The notes below the pieces were generated by a model. The model ran no database searches. It saw only the letters and a list, made by a program, of their open reading frames with translations, and was not told the DNA's origin. Source: an uncultured delta proteobacterium (GTDB lineage: Bacteria > Desulfobacterota > Desulfomonilia > UBA1062). From it: a stretch of DNA of 64,000 nt. The stretch lies in assembly GCA_963798485.1 (NCBI GenBank), contig CAWCTR010000018.1, forward strand, positions 32,573-96,572, in the 5' to 3' direction. Positions 1-11,603 of the stretch are shown in pieces; within the stretch, counting starts at the first letter, position 1; every line of letters starts with the position of its first letter. A program made the position numbers and the translations under genes.

Positions 1-416
1 AGCACTGCACCGAGAAACCCGCCCATGACAGGGCCCCAGTCAAGATCGCCCATGAATGATGCCCAGATGGCATACGAGATGGTGGGCAACATCATGAGGG
101 CCACAAACACAACACAGGCCAGAAACTTGCCGATGATCACGTCTGTGAGCCTCACCGGAAGAGTCAGGAGCATCTCTAAGCTTCCTATGTGCAGTTCCTC
201 GGCAAAGAGCCGCATGGTCACGGCGGGTATCACGAAGGGGAAGATCAATGGCAGCATGGAGAAGAAGGTCCTTAAGTTTGCCTGGTTTATGAGGAAAAAG
301 GTGGAAAAGAAGAACCAGCCTGAGATCAGCAGGAAGATGCAGATCACGATATAGGCAATGGGGGATACAAAGTAGTCTTTGAGTTCTTTTATGAATATGT
401 GCCGGGCCTGGGCCAT
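1..416 (-). CDS. ABC-2 transporter permease (GldF-like), 3' end truncated by window edge
   Basis: Not in ORF track. The minus strand from ATG 416 reads MAQARHIFIKELKDYFVSPIAYIVICIFLLISGWFF...TMRLFAEE...GSLEMLLTLPV...IIGKFLA, typical of GldF-type permeases; directly downstream of the ABC ATPase. Confidence 0.85.
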   Translation of the reverse strand, partial: MAQARHIFIKELKDYFVSPIAYIVICIFLLISGWFFFSTFFLINQANLRTFFSMLPLIFPFVIPAVTMRLFAEELHIGSLEMLLTLPVRLTDVIIGKFLACVVFVALMMLPTISYAIWASFMGDLDWGPVMGGFLGAV

Positions 417-417
417 A

Positions 418-1353
418 TTATGCCTCCTGAGTCAGTTCCCTGAAGATCTTCTCCAGGGACTTGCCTTCCTGATGGAGTTCCAGCAGGGTCCAGTCAGTTG
501 CCTTGATGATGCGATAGATTTCCTCACGGGGGTCGTCCGGGGTGCTCATGGTCAGTTTCAGCCTCAGTTCGTCTGCTGCAGAGGGCTCCTCATCAATACA
601 CGATATACCTTTCACACCGGATATAACCTCCCGCACCCGCGCAAGGCCTGTATTCTTCAAGGTCAGGTATATGGTCTTATCGAGTCCTGTACCCATCTTG
701 AGCATCTCTGTGCTGTTGTCCGCAACGATTGCACCTTTGTCGATGATGACGATACGGTCGCAGGTGGCCTCGGCCTCACTCAGGATGTGGGTGGAAAGGA
801 CAATAGTCTTGTCCTTTCCTATGGAGCGTATGATGTCGCGGATCTCCACGATCTGGTTCGGGTCCAGGCCTGAGGTGGGCTCGTCAAGCACGAGGATCTC
901 CGGGTCGTCGATCATGGCATGGGCAAGACCCACCCGTTGCCTCAGACCCTTGGAGAGCTCGCCGATGGTCTTGTGCATGATCCCTTTAAGCCCGCACAGC
1001 TCAGCTATTGTCTTGATGCGCGACTTTTTTTTCTCTCCATCGAGTCCCCTGACCTTTGCTACATACTCCAGATAATCAAACACGAGCATGTTGTGGTACA
1101 GCGGGGCTGACTCGGGGAGATACCCCATGAGCCGCTTGATTGAGAGCATGTCTTGGGCAGTGGTGAAGTCCTTCACACGGATCTTACCGGAACTCGGCTC
1201 CAGATAGCCCGTGAGCATGCGCAGGGTCGTGGTCTTGCCCGCGCCATTGGGGCCTAAGAGGCCCATGATCTCACCCTTGCGGATATCGAGGTCGATGTTG
1301 TTCACCGCACAGAGTTCACCGTAATACTTGGTGAGTTTTTCAACATGAATCAT
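418..1353 (-). CDS. ABC transporter ATP-binding protein (GldA-like)
   Basis: Walker A GPNGAGKTT, signature LSKGLRQR, Walker B ILVLDEPT; start at MIHVEK preceded by a G-rich SD. Confidence 0.9.
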   Translation of the reverse strand: MIHVEKLTKYYGELCAVNNIDLDIRKGEIMGLLGPNGAGKTTTLRMLTGYLEPSSGKIRVKDFTTAQDMLSIKRLMGYLPESAPLYHNMLVFDYLEYVAKVRGLDGEKKKSRIKTIAELCGLKGIMHKTIGELSKGLRQRVGLAHAMIDDPEILVLDEPTSGLDPNQIVEIRDIIRSIGKDKTIVLSTHILSEAEATCDRIVIIDKGAIVADNSTEMLKMGTGLDKTIYLTLKNTGLARVREVISGVKGISCIDEEPSAADELRLKLTMSTPDDPREEIYRIIKATDWTLLELHQEGKSLEKIFRELTQEA

Positions 1354-1544
1354 TACTATTCCCCCTGTATCATTAAAGAACATGGGTGTTTAATGGAAGA
1401 ACGACCAGATGTCACTGGTGAACTCATAAAGAAGATTTTTAAGACTTTGTCAATACCTCTCTTTACTTCCATAGTGATGTCATGCTTGAACCTAACGCTA
1501 AGTATGATCTATGATGATGGTATAACTCCCTTAACGGAGAAGCA

Positions 1545-2576
1545 ATGATGAAGGCATTTGTCCTGAAAAAGATCTGCAATCTCTCGGAAACGCAAACGCC
1601 TCTTGAAGAGGCTGTCCTTTCCGACCCGGTCCCCGGGAAAGGGGGAGTCCTTATCAAGGTAAAGGCCTGCGGGGTCTGCCACACCGAGCTTGACGAGATC
1701 GAGGGACGCACCCCGCCCCCGCACCTGCCGGTGGTGCTCGGGCATCAGGTGGTTGGTGAGGTGATCGGTCTCGGGGACGGAACTCAGAGGTTTAAGGGTG
1801 GTGAGCGGGTAGGGGTGGGGTGGATTTATTCGGCCTGCGGACAGTGCAAATTTTGTGTGAGTGGACAGGAGAACCTCTGCAAGGAGTTCCGGGCAACAGG
1901 GAGGGATGTAAACGGCGGGTATGCCGAATATATGACTGTGCCGGAAGGCTATGCCCATCCTATACCTGATATTTTCTCTGATGCCGAGGCTGCCCCCCTT
2001 CTCTGCGCAGGGGCCATCGGGTACCGCTCTCTCAGGCTTGCCGGATTGAAAGACTCTCAGAACCTCGGGCTCACCGGGTTCGGCGCCTCGGCCCACCTGG
2101 TGCTCATGATGGTGAAATACCTGTATCCACATGCTCAAGTGTATGTGTTTGCCAGGAGCGTGAAGGAGCGGGAGTTTGCAAAGGAGCTCGGCGCTGCCTG
2201 GGCAGGAGATACTTTTGACAGGCCGCCTTTGAAAATGAACAGCATCATTGACACCACACCGGTATGGAAGCCCGTTGTGGAGGCGCTTGCCCACCTTGAG
2301 CCTGGAGGCAGGCTCGTGATCAATGCCATCCGCAAGGAGGATGCGGACAAGGAATTTCTCGTTAGAATCGATTATCCTGCCCACCTGTGGATGGAAAAGG
2401 AGATCAAGAGCGTGGCGAACGTTACAAGGGCCGACATAGGCGAATTTCTGAAGCTCGCTGCCGACATACCCATTCGGCCTGAGGTCCAGGAATACCCATT
2501 GGAAGAAGCCAATAAGGCGCTTCTTGAACTCAAGCAACGCACAATCCGCGGCGCCAAGGTGCTCAGGATCGATTGA
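1545..2576 (+). CDS. Zinc-dependent alcohol dehydrogenase family protein
   Basis: CGVCHTE, GHQVVG, structural Zn motif CGQCKFC...C, Rossmann GFGASA. Confidence 0.9.
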   Translation: MMKAFVLKKICNLSETQTPLEEAVLSDPVPGKGGVLIKVKACGVCHTELDEIEGRTPPPHLPVVLGHQVVGEVIGLGDGTQRFKGGERVGVGWIYSACGQCKFCVSGQENLCKEFRATGRDVNGGYAEYMTVPEGYAHPIPDIFSDAEAAPLLCAGAIGYRSLRLAGLKDSQNLGLTGFGASAHLVLMMVKYLYPHAQVYVFARSVKEREFAKELGAAWAGDTFDRPPLKMNSIIDTTPVWKPVVEALAHLEPGGRLVINAIRKEDADKEFLVRIDYPAHLWMEKEIKSVANVTRADIGEFLKLAADIPIRPEVQEYPLEEANKALLELKQRTIRGAKVLRID

Positions 2577-2681
2577 TGGATTAAAGTCTTTTATGTTGTG
2601 TCTCTTGACTCGCAGGACAAAGCATGAAAAATGGGTATCTATGCCTTATTCCCCTTATGAGTCAAACGGAATGCAGATACG

Positions 2682-4754
2682 ATGAGAGGTGATGTGCGCC
2701 CCGGCAGATGCCACCCCCTCGGGTCAACGGTGTACCCTGATGGAGTCAACTTCTCTCTCTTCTCAAGAAGTTGCTATGCCGTTGAGCTTCTCCTGTTTGA
2801 CGACCCGGATGATGCCCGCCCTGTACGGCTGATCAGGCTCGATCCCAAGGTGAATAAGACCTTCTATTACTGGCACTGCTTTGTGCCTGGTGTCAGGGCG
2901 GGACAGCTTTATGGTTATAGGGTTTTCGGGCCTTTTGACCCTGCAAGGGGGCATTATTACGATGGGCAGAAGGTTCTGCTGGATCCCTACACGAAGGCAG
3001 TCGCCATAGGGAATAACTATGACAGGGTTGCAGGGTGCAAGCCGGGTGACAATTGCCCCCATGCTGCGAAATCCGTAGTGGTGGACCCTTTGGAGTATGA
3101 TTGGCAGGGAGACGAGCCCTTAAGGACCGATTACCGAACAAGTGTGATCTATGAGCTCCATGTAGGAGGTTTCACGCGCAACCCGAATTCCGGGGTCAAT
3201 GAAGAGAAGAGGGGCACCTATGCAGGTCTTATCGAGAAGATACCCTACCTCAAGGAACTAGGCATCACTGCCGTTGAACTCATGCCTGTCCAGCAATACG
3301 ATGAGCAGGATGCACCCCCTGGGTTGAGTAACTACTGGGGCTACAGCCCCATGGCCTTTTTTGCACCCCATGCCGGTTACTGTTCGACAGGCGGGTGTTT
3401 AAGCCCTTTAAAAGAATTCAGGGACATGGTCAGGGAGCTCCACAATGCCGGTATTGAGGTGATTGTGGATGTGGTGTTCAACCACACGGCAGAGGCAGGG
3501 CATGAAGGACCCACTCTTTGCCTTCGAGGCATTGAAAATACAACCTATTACATCTATAACATCGAGCACCGGCGATATGAAAATTATTCAGGATGCGGCA
3601 ATACGGTTAATACCAACCACTCCATAGTCCGCAGGATGATTACCGAGAGCCTGCGCTACTGGGTGGAGCATATGCATGTGGATGGTTTCCGGTTTGACCT
3701 TGCCTCGGTCATGGCGCGGGGAGAATATGGAGAGCCTTTGGAAAAGCCCCCGATCCTGTGGTCCATTGAATCAGACCCGGTGCTGGCAGGCACCAAGATC
3801 ATTGCCGAGGCCTGGGACGCTGCGGGGCTCTTCCAGGTGGGGTCTTTTATCGGTGAGCGTTTTGCCGAATGGAACAGCCAGTTCAGGGATGATGTGCGGC
3901 GGTTCCTTAAGGGCGAAGATTCGATGGTCAGCCGCATTTCAAACCGACTTCTAGGGAGCCCGGACATCTATCCTCAGCCGGAGCGCGAAACGAACCGCAG
4001 TATCAATTTTATTACCTGCCATGATGGCTTTACCCTCAATGACCTGGTGTCATATGACCACAGGCACAACGAGATGAACAAAGAGCAAAACCGTGACGGT
4101 AATGATTACAACCTCAGTTGGAATTGCGGGGTTGAAGGCCCCACGAACAACAGGGTTATTGATGAACTCAGACTCAGGCAGATAAAGAATTTCATCACAC
4201 TCCTTTTCGTATCACAGGGTACACCCATGCTCCTCATGGGCGATGAGGTGCGCAGGGCCCAACAGGGAAACAACAATGTATACTGCCAGGATAATGAGAT
4301 GTCCTGGTTTGACTGGGATGCGGTAAGGAGACATGAGGACCTGTTGAGGTTTGTTCAAGGACTCATAAGGTTTTCCCGTTCAAATCCTGTTTTCAATCTG
4401 CGGCATGTCCCCAAACCACCCTATACGGACAGAGACGTAAGCATTGCCTGGCATGGAGTCCGTCAGAACAAGCCGGACTTCGGTGAGGACTCCCACAGCT
4501 TGGCACTCGAGTTGAAATCCAGCCTGGAGGGAGAGCATGTCTTCATTATGCTGAATGCCTTCTGGAAGCCGCTGACCTTTGAGTTACCCAAACCCGATAG
4601 CGATCATGCATGGTACAGGGTTGTGGATACATCGCTTGGTGAGGGCAAAGACTATTCTCAGCCCGGGAAATCCACCCATATCGATGGTCCCAGGTACCGG
4701 CTGAAAGACCGCAGCACTGCTGTTATGGTAACCCGCAGGATTAAGGCCAGGTAG
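2682..4754 (+). CDS. glgX: Glycogen debranching enzyme / isoamylase (GH13)
   Basis: YELHVGGFT, NYWGYSP, DVVFNHT, VDGFRFDLA, IAEAWD, INFITCHDGFTL motifs. Confidence 0.95.
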   Translation: MRGDVRPGRCHPLGSTVYPDGVNFSLFSRSCYAVELLLFDDPDDARPVRLIRLDPKVNKTFYYWHCFVPGVRAGQLYGYRVFGPFDPARGHYYDGQKVLLDPYTKAVAIGNNYDRVAGCKPGDNCPHAAKSVVVDPLEYDWQGDEPLRTDYRTSVIYELHVGGFTRNPNSGVNEEKRGTYAGLIEKIPYLKELGITAVELMPVQQYDEQDAPPGLSNYWGYSPMAFFAPHAGYCSTGGCLSPLKEFRDMVRELHNAGIEVIVDVVFNHTAEAGHEGPTLCLRGIENTTYYIYNIEHRRYENYSGCGNTVNTNHSIVRRMITESLRYWVEHMHVDGFRFDLASVMARGEYGEPLEKPPILWSIESDPVLAGTKIIAEAWDAAGLFQVGSFIGERFAEWNSQFRDDVRRFLKGEDSMVSRISNRLLGSPDIYPQPERETNRSINFITCHDGFTLNDLVSYDHRHNEMNKEQNRDGNDYNLSWNCGVEGPTNNRVIDELRLRQIKNFITLLFVSQGTPMLLMGDEVRRAQQGNNNVYCQDNEMSWFDWDAVRRHEDLLRFVQGLIRFSRSNPVFNLRHVPKPPYTDRDVSIAWHGVRQNKPDFGEDSHSLALELKSSLEGEHVFIMLNAFWKPLTFELPKPDSDHAWYRVVDTSLGEGKDYSQPGKSTHIDGPRYRLKDRSTAVMVTRRIKAR

Positions 4755-4894
4755 ACTTAAAGGCATGTGAGATGCAAAACAAAATATTTCCTTGTGTCCG
4801 GGTTCCTTCCTAAGGTATTGACTCGACCGGATAAGGTGATATTAATACCAGATAAGTATGATTTACATGGCCAATGGAGAACGAGGAGGAGAGG

Positions 4895-5203
4895 ATGAGC
4901 GTTAAGAAACAGTATTTGAAGACCAAATCGGTGTGCAAGGTAACCTTTAACCTCCCGAAAGATGTAGCCAAATCAGCAGGCTCTGTCTATCTTGTGGGGG
5001 ATTTTAACGGCTGGGATGCAAACTCGCACCCCATGAAGCTCCAGAAGGATGGGTCGTTCAACCTTTCGATCAACCTCGAGAAGGGAAGCGAATACCAATA
5101 CCGCTACCTGCTCGACGGCTCTACCTGGGAAAATGACGAATGTGCGGATAAATACGTAAAAAGCCCGTATGGAGATAGTGAAAATTCCGTAGTGGTCATC
5201 TGA
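4895..5203 (+). CDS. Isoamylase early-set / CBM48 glycogen-binding domain protein
   Basis: VYLVGDFNGW, YQYRYLLDG..WEND motifs; follows glgX; GAGGAGG SD before MSVKKQ. Confidence 0.85.
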   Translation: MSVKKQYLKTKSVCKVTFNLPKDVAKSAGSVYLVGDFNGWDANSHPMKLQKDGSFNLSINLEKGSEYQYRYLLDGSTWENDECADKYVKSPYGDSENSVVVI

Positions 5204-5395
5204 GCGTTCCCCATCCGGAAGCAGCCATTGATGGCCTTAGCTTCTTGTGTTGTCATCGACAAACTTAAGGAGAAGGTCGATTCATTTGCAAGGCATCTCA
5301 AGGATGCCGACCAGCCTGTTGCTGACGAGTCGGATAAGTAATCTCCGGCTGATGGAATGGTTTATTTATTAGGACTGGAGGTTTTTTGCGTTCAA

Positions 5396-6550
5396 TTATT
5401 TTGCATTCACTAATATCTGTGTAAGCTCCTCATCCGTCAGTACGATGGGGTTGCCTTTCATGCTGCTGGCGCGCCTGGCCTTGGCCACAATATCCGGGAA
5501 GTACTCCTGCCTTATTCCAATCAATGAAAGAGGCTGTACCTTCATGTGCGAGCAGAGCTCCTGGATCCAGTCGATTGCATCATACGCCCGGGCGGATGTT
5601 TTGCCGGTGATGATCCGTGCCACATCCTCGAAGCGCTTCAGCGCATAAGAATCAGGGGTGCGGTTTTTAAGTGCCTGTATATTCATTTCCACCACATGCG
5701 GCAGCAGGCTCGCACAGATGAGCCCGTGAGATACCCGGCATTGGCCGCCTGCAGCAGCAGCAAATCCATGGACTGCTCCAAGCCCGGCATTTGCCAGGGC
5801 AATGCCGCTGAACAGGCTCGCCAGGGCCATGTCTTCCCTGGCAGCCGCATTGCTGCCGTCCTTATACGCACGTATTAATGACCTGGCAGAGCGTTCGAGC
5901 CCCTCCCGGCATATACTATCGGTCAGCGGATTTGAGCTGTTTGAGACATAGGATTCCAAAAGCTGGGTCAGCGCATCAAGGCCCGTGCTTGCAGTAACAT
6001 CAGGGGGGAGTGAATGGGTGAGCTCAGGGTCCACGATAACAAGGCGTGGAAGCAGGAAGGCAGATCGCAAACTCACCTTGACGCCATGATCCTCGGAGAG
6101 GATAACGGCATTTTTTGTCACCTCACTGCCGGTTCCGGCGGTTGTGGGTACGGCAATATAAGGAACCGGGGGCTTCGTGAGCGGCATGGCCTTGCCAACG
6201 ACCTCGAGGTAGTCATAGAGATCGAGCGTATTTGTAATGAGTGCGGCGATGGCCTTTCCGGTATCTATGACACTGCCCCCTCCGATGGCTATAACACAGT
6301 TGCATCCATGCTCACGCGCCACGGATACACCCTGGGTCACGGTCTGCGTGGTAGGTTCTTTGGGAACGGAATAGAGGGTAGGGGTTATATATTTGTTTCT
6401 CAGCCTATCGAGAAGCTGGGACCATCTGAGGCCTTTCTTTCCCGTGACGACCAGGCATTTATTCCCCATAGAGGAGGCGACATCGATAATCTCATGGATA
6501 CTCCCCGGGCCGAAGATGATCCTCTCAGCAGTGGCAAACTCGAAACGCAT
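5396..6550 (-). CDS. Iron-containing alcohol dehydrogenase
   Basis: GGGSVID, PTTAGTGSEVT, DALTQ, HG...HG iron ligands. Confidence 0.9.
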   Translation of the reverse strand: MRFEFATAERIIFGPGSIHEIIDVASSMGNKCLVVTGKKGLRWSQLLDRLRNKYITPTLYSVPKEPTTQTVTQGVSVAREHGCNCVIAIGGGSVIDTGKAIAALITNTLDLYDYLEVVGKAMPLTKPPVPYIAVPTTAGTGSEVTKNAVILSEDHGVKVSLRSAFLLPRLVIVDPELTHSLPPDVTASTGLDALTQLLESYVSNSSNPLTDSICREGLERSARSLIRAYKDGSNAAAREDMALASLFSGIALANAGLGAVHGFAAAAGGQCRVSHGLICASLLPHVVEMNIQALKNRTPDSYALKRFEDVARIITGKTSARAYDAIDWIQELCSHMKVQPLSLIGIRQEYFPDIVAKARRASSMKGNPIVLTDEELTQILVNAK

Positions 6551-6595
6551 ATAATGCTCCCGGATTCATATTAAAGAGCCGGACCTCTTCATGTT

Positions 6596-6901
6596 TTACC
6601 AGGCAGCATCCTCAGGGAAGACGTTTGTATATCTGGTGCTGTATCTGGTCTCAGCTATCATGGCTTCTACCGCTTCCTTCCACTGTTTATAATGCAACGT
6701 CTGCTTGTGCTCCAAGGCGGCTGCCTCGGAGCGATAGACCTCGACAAGAACAAATCTTCCGGGGTCATCGTTCTGTTGTATCACATCAAACCGACTCACT
6801 CCAGGCTCAAGGATGCTGTTCCCGGCATTTTCTCTTGAGGCATTTTTGAATTCTTCGATTGATTCGGGCTTTACGCGTATAAAGACATGGACAATGACCA
6901 T
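6596..6901 (-). CDS. Antibiotic biosynthesis monooxygenase (ABM/LsrG-like) protein
   Basis: EPG..RFDV.Q...DP.RFVLVEVY...HKQT.HY..W pattern; co-oriented with the Fe-ADH. Confidence 0.85.
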   Translation of the reverse strand: MVIVHVFIRVKPESIEEFKNASRENAGNSILEPGVSRFDVIQQNDDPGRFVLVEVYRSEAAALEHKQTLHYKQWKEAVEAMIAETRYSTRYTNVFPEDAAW

Positions 6902-7021
6902 GGGCAATCTCCTTAGGAAAGCAAATGGCACAGAATAGATATCCTATACCATCCCTCAGCAAGGTGTCCGGCAGATCTACACCAGACACTTTGCTTAAAC
7001 GCAAAACTTTTCCAGAGGTTT

Positions 7022-8182
7022 TTACAGCACTCTGATCGCTATCACACCTCCAATCGATCCGATTTTCTTTATCAAGTCGTCGTGAATACCGCTATCAACA
7101 TCGATAATATTATAGGCAATATTACCCTTGCTTTTATTGAGCATGTCGGCGATGTTGAGCTTGTTATCGGCGAACAGGTGCGTAATTTTTTCAATCATAC
7201 CCGGCGAGTTCTGGTTGGATATGGTCAATCTCTGATTGCCCGATCTGTCAAGAAAACACTCCGGGAAGTTAACAGAGTTCTTGATATTCCCGTTCTCCAG
7301 GAAATCCATGAGCTGCATAGCAGCCATTATCGCGCAGTTTTCTTCAGACTCCTCGGTCGAAGCCCCCAGATGCGGGATGGCTATGCACTTATCCATTTTT
7401 ATAAGCTCTTCATCGGGGAAGTCTGTCACATAACAGCTCACGACACCATCGGTTATGGCCTTCTGCAGGTCGGCGATATTCACCAATTCCCTTCGGGAGA
7501 AGTTCAAGAGCTTCGCACCGCGGTTCATGACCGCAAATTTTTCGGCATTTATGAACCCCCTCGTGTCCTTGTTAAGAGGGACATGCAGCGTAATGTAATC
7601 ACACTCAGCCAACAACCGATCCAGGCTTGCCGACCTCTTTATATTGCGAGACAGTCTCCAGGCGGCGTCAATCGACAGATATGGATCATATCCGCATACT
7701 TCCATACCGAGCGATTCGGCTGTGTTAGCCACTATGATCCCGATCGCGCCCAGTCCGACTACCCCCATCTTCTTGCCCAGTATCTCCGTTCCGCCGTACT
7801 TTGATTTTCCCTTTTCGATGAGATCAGGCACCTTGTCGCCTTGGCCGACCAGACCTTTGGCCCAGGAGATCCCTTCCGTCACTTTCCGTGATGCCAGCAA
7901 CATGCCCAGGACGACCAGTTCCTTTACCCCATTGGCGTTTGCTCCCGGGGTATTAAAGACGACGATGCCTTTTTCCGAACATTTGTCGATGGGGATATTG
8001 TTGACCCCGGCGCCAGCCCGAGCAATCGCTTTAACACTTGAGGGCAAGGCCATGTCTTTCATTTCCTTGCTTCTTACCATGATACCGTCCGGCTCAGAAA
8101 TGTCAGCGCGGTACTCATATTTCTCCGTGAAAAGACTTAAGCCCTTTTCCGATATGTTATTCAGTAGATCGATCTTATACAT
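7022..8182 (-). CDS. serA: D-3-phosphoglycerate dehydrogenase-like protein, short form with C-terminal ACT domain
   Basis: IARAGAGVNNI, FNTPGANAN, GLGAIG, PHLGASTEE, C-terminal ACT-like region (NQNSPGMI). Confidence 0.8.
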   Translation of the reverse strand: MYKIDLLNNISEKGLSLFTEKYEYRADISEPDGIMVRSKEMKDMALPSSVKAIARAGAGVNNIPIDKCSEKGIVVFNTPGANANGVKELVVLGMLLASRKVTEGISWAKGLVGQGDKVPDLIEKGKSKYGGTEILGKKMGVVGLGAIGIIVANTAESLGMEVCGYDPYLSIDAAWRLSRNIKRSASLDRLLAECDYITLHVPLNKDTRGFINAEKFAVMNRGAKLLNFSRRELVNIADLQKAITDGVVSCYVTDFPDEELIKMDKCIAIPHLGASTEESEENCAIMAAMQLMDFLENGNIKNSVNFPECFLDRSGNQRLTISNQNSPGMIEKITHLFADNKLNIADMLNKSKGNIAYNIIDVDSGIHDDLIKKIGSIGGVIAIRVL

Positions 8183-8325
8183 AAAACCCTCCTCTTTCTC
8201 TTGCTTGCTATATTACAGAAATATACATTCTGCGCCAGGCAAAAAATCGTGGAATAACTTGACAAGAGACACCGGGAGAACTACTAAAATGTCAAGAAAC
8301 ACAACAACTGAGCAGAGGAAGACGC

Positions 8326-8535
8326 ATGCCTATCTATGAATATGAATGTAAAAAATGCGGTAAAGATTTTGAGGTGCTTGTGCCTATGAGTGCAAAGGAT
8401 AATCCCGCGTGCCCCACGTGTAAAAGCGTCAAGGTAAAGAAGAAGATGTCAATAACCGCATCCGGCAAAGGGGGTTGCGGTACTTGCGCCTCCACTTCAT
8501 CGTGCTCTTCCAAAGGCTGTTGTTCCTGCGGGTAA
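8326..8535 (+). CDS. FmdB-family zinc-ribbon protein
   Basis: MPIYEYECKKCG...CPTC plus Cys/Gly-rich tail. Confidence 0.9.
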   Translation: MPIYEYECKKCGKDFEVLVPMSAKDNPACPTCKSVKVKKKMSITASGKGGCGTCASTSSCSSKGCCSCG

Positions 8536-8553
8536 AAGCCTTAAAGGCCCGAC

Positions 8554-9870
<1,317 letters not shown>

Positions 9871-11460
9871 CTAGATGAAGACCTCTTGAACGGAAAGGGC
9901 ATTCGGCACCTTTCTGATCTTCTCAATGACCTTCTTCGGTACTTCGGCATCAACGTTAATAATGATAATGGCCGTGCCATCCTGGCGGTCCCTTCCGAGG
10001 AACAACCGCGCGATGTTGATGCCGGCCTCACCTAGTGCCATGCCGATGTTGCCTACCGTGCCCGGCATGTCTTTATTATAGATCACGAGCATGGTCCCTT
10101 CGGGGATCACCTCTATAGCGTAATTATCGATCCTGACGATCCTGAGGTCGTCCGATTTGAAGACCGAACCGGCCAGAGACCGCGTGCCCTTATCAAACTC
10201 TAACGTCATCTCGATGGTGTTGTTGAAGATCTCTTCTTTTGAGGACTGGGCCTCCATAAGGTCGATGCCGCGCTCCTTGAGGAGTATCGGGGCATTCACA
10301 TAGTTGACATCGTCGGCAATGGCCGAAAGCAGCCCCTTGAGCCCTGCCACGGTCACCGGCTTGGTATCGAAGCCGGCGGCAGCACCTGTGTAATTGATGG
10401 TGACCTTCTTGAGCCTATCCGAGATTACCTGGCCGATGATCTGGCCCATGAAACGGCCCATCTTCTCAGAAAGCTCGAGATAGGGCTTTACCTTATGGAG
10501 CATCTCGGGTGCAACGGAGGGTGCGTTCACGGCATTGAGGATGACCCCGTTCTTGAGATAATCCACGATCTGTTCTGCTATGGCAAGGGCCACGTTTTCC
10601 TGGGCTTCGTGGGTGGAGGCCCCAAGATGGGGCGTGGCAACGACCTTGGGGTGTTTGGGCAGCGACCAGTCCTCAGGCGGTTCCTTCTCGAACACATCGA
10701 TGGCGGCACCCGCCACCTTGCCTGAATCCAAGGCCTCGATAAGGGCCTTCTCGTCAACGATCCCGCCGCGGGCGCAATTGATAAGAAACGCCCCCTTCTT
10801 CATCTTTGCAAAGGCTTCCTTGCCGAGCAGGCCTGTAGTCTCCTTTGTCTTGGGGGTGTGTATTGTGATGTAATCAGAACGGGCAAAGAGCGCGTCGAGG
10901 CTTGTCGCCGGCTCGATACCCTGCTTTTCAGCGGCATCCTTGGTGAGGAAGGGGTCGTAGACGATCACGTTCATCTTGAGCCCCTGCGCCCGTGATGCCA
11001 CTATGGTGCCGACCCTGCCCATGCCGATGACGCCGAGTGTCTTACCGGTGACCTCTCTGCCTTCAAGGGCCTTTTTCTCCCACTTGCCGCTCTTCATGAA
11101 TCCGTCGGCCTGAGGAATATTCCTGGTGAGCGCCATCATCATGGCAATGGCGTGCTCGCCTGTGGTTATCGTATTGCCGCCGGGTGTGTTCATGACCACG
11201 ATACCCTGCTTTGAAGCGGCTGCTATGTCTATATTGTCAACACCTGCACCTGCGCGTCCGATGACTTTCAGGTTCTTCCCTGCTGCAATGATCTCTGCAG
11301 TGGCCTTTGTCGCTGACCTGACCACGAGTGCATCATAATCGCCGATGATTCCTATGAGCTCTTCGGGTTTCAAGCCAGGCTTTACATCAACCGTAAAACC
11401 ACCGCCCTTAAGGATTTCAACCCCCCCCTCGGATAGCTTATCGCTCACTAATATCTTCAA
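9871..11460 (-). CDS. serA: D-3-phosphoglycerate dehydrogenase, long form (ASB+ACT)
   Basis: IGRAGAGVDNID, MNTPGGN, INCARGGIVDE, TPHLGAST; 529 aa; TTG start with AGGAGG SD. Confidence 0.93.
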   Translation of the reverse strand: MKILVSDKLSEGGVEILKGGGFTVDVKPGLKPEELIGIIGDYDALVVRSATKATAEIIAAGKNLKVIGRAGAGVDNIDIAAASKQGIVVMNTPGGNTITTGEHAIAMMMALTRNIPQADGFMKSGKWEKKALEGREVTGKTLGVIGMGRVGTIVASRAQGLKMNVIVYDPFLTKDAAEKQGIEPATSLDALFARSDYITIHTPKTKETTGLLGKEAFAKMKKGAFLINCARGGIVDEKALIEALDSGKVAGAAIDVFEKEPPEDWSLPKHPKVVATPHLGASTHEAQENVALAIAEQIVDYLKNGVILNAVNAPSVAPEMLHKVKPYLELSEKMGRFMGQIIGQVISDRLKKVTINYTGAAAGFDTKPVTVAGLKGLLSAIADDVNYVNAPILLKERGIDLMEAQSSKEEIFNNTIEMTLEFDKGTRSLAGSVFKSDDLRIVRIDNYAIEVIPEGTMLVIYNKDMPGTVGNIGMALGEAGINIARLFLGRDRQDGTAIIIINVDAEVPKKVIEKIRKVPNALSVQEVFI

Positions 11461-11603
11461 GCCTCCTCCTTAGCCGGAATTACAGGTTCGGAGCACTTTT
11501 AACAAATGGTTCTTGAGGTGTCAACCACAAGAGAGGAAAGAAGGAAGATCGGCAATTGTGGCCAGCGAACAGCCATCAGTGATGTTATAGCTGTAACTTG
11601 ATC

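Noticed and set aside
5231-5341. 36-aa ORF MALASCVVIDKLKEKVDSFARHLKDADQPVADESDK
   Set aside because: No SD and no recognisable motif; at most a gene remnant.
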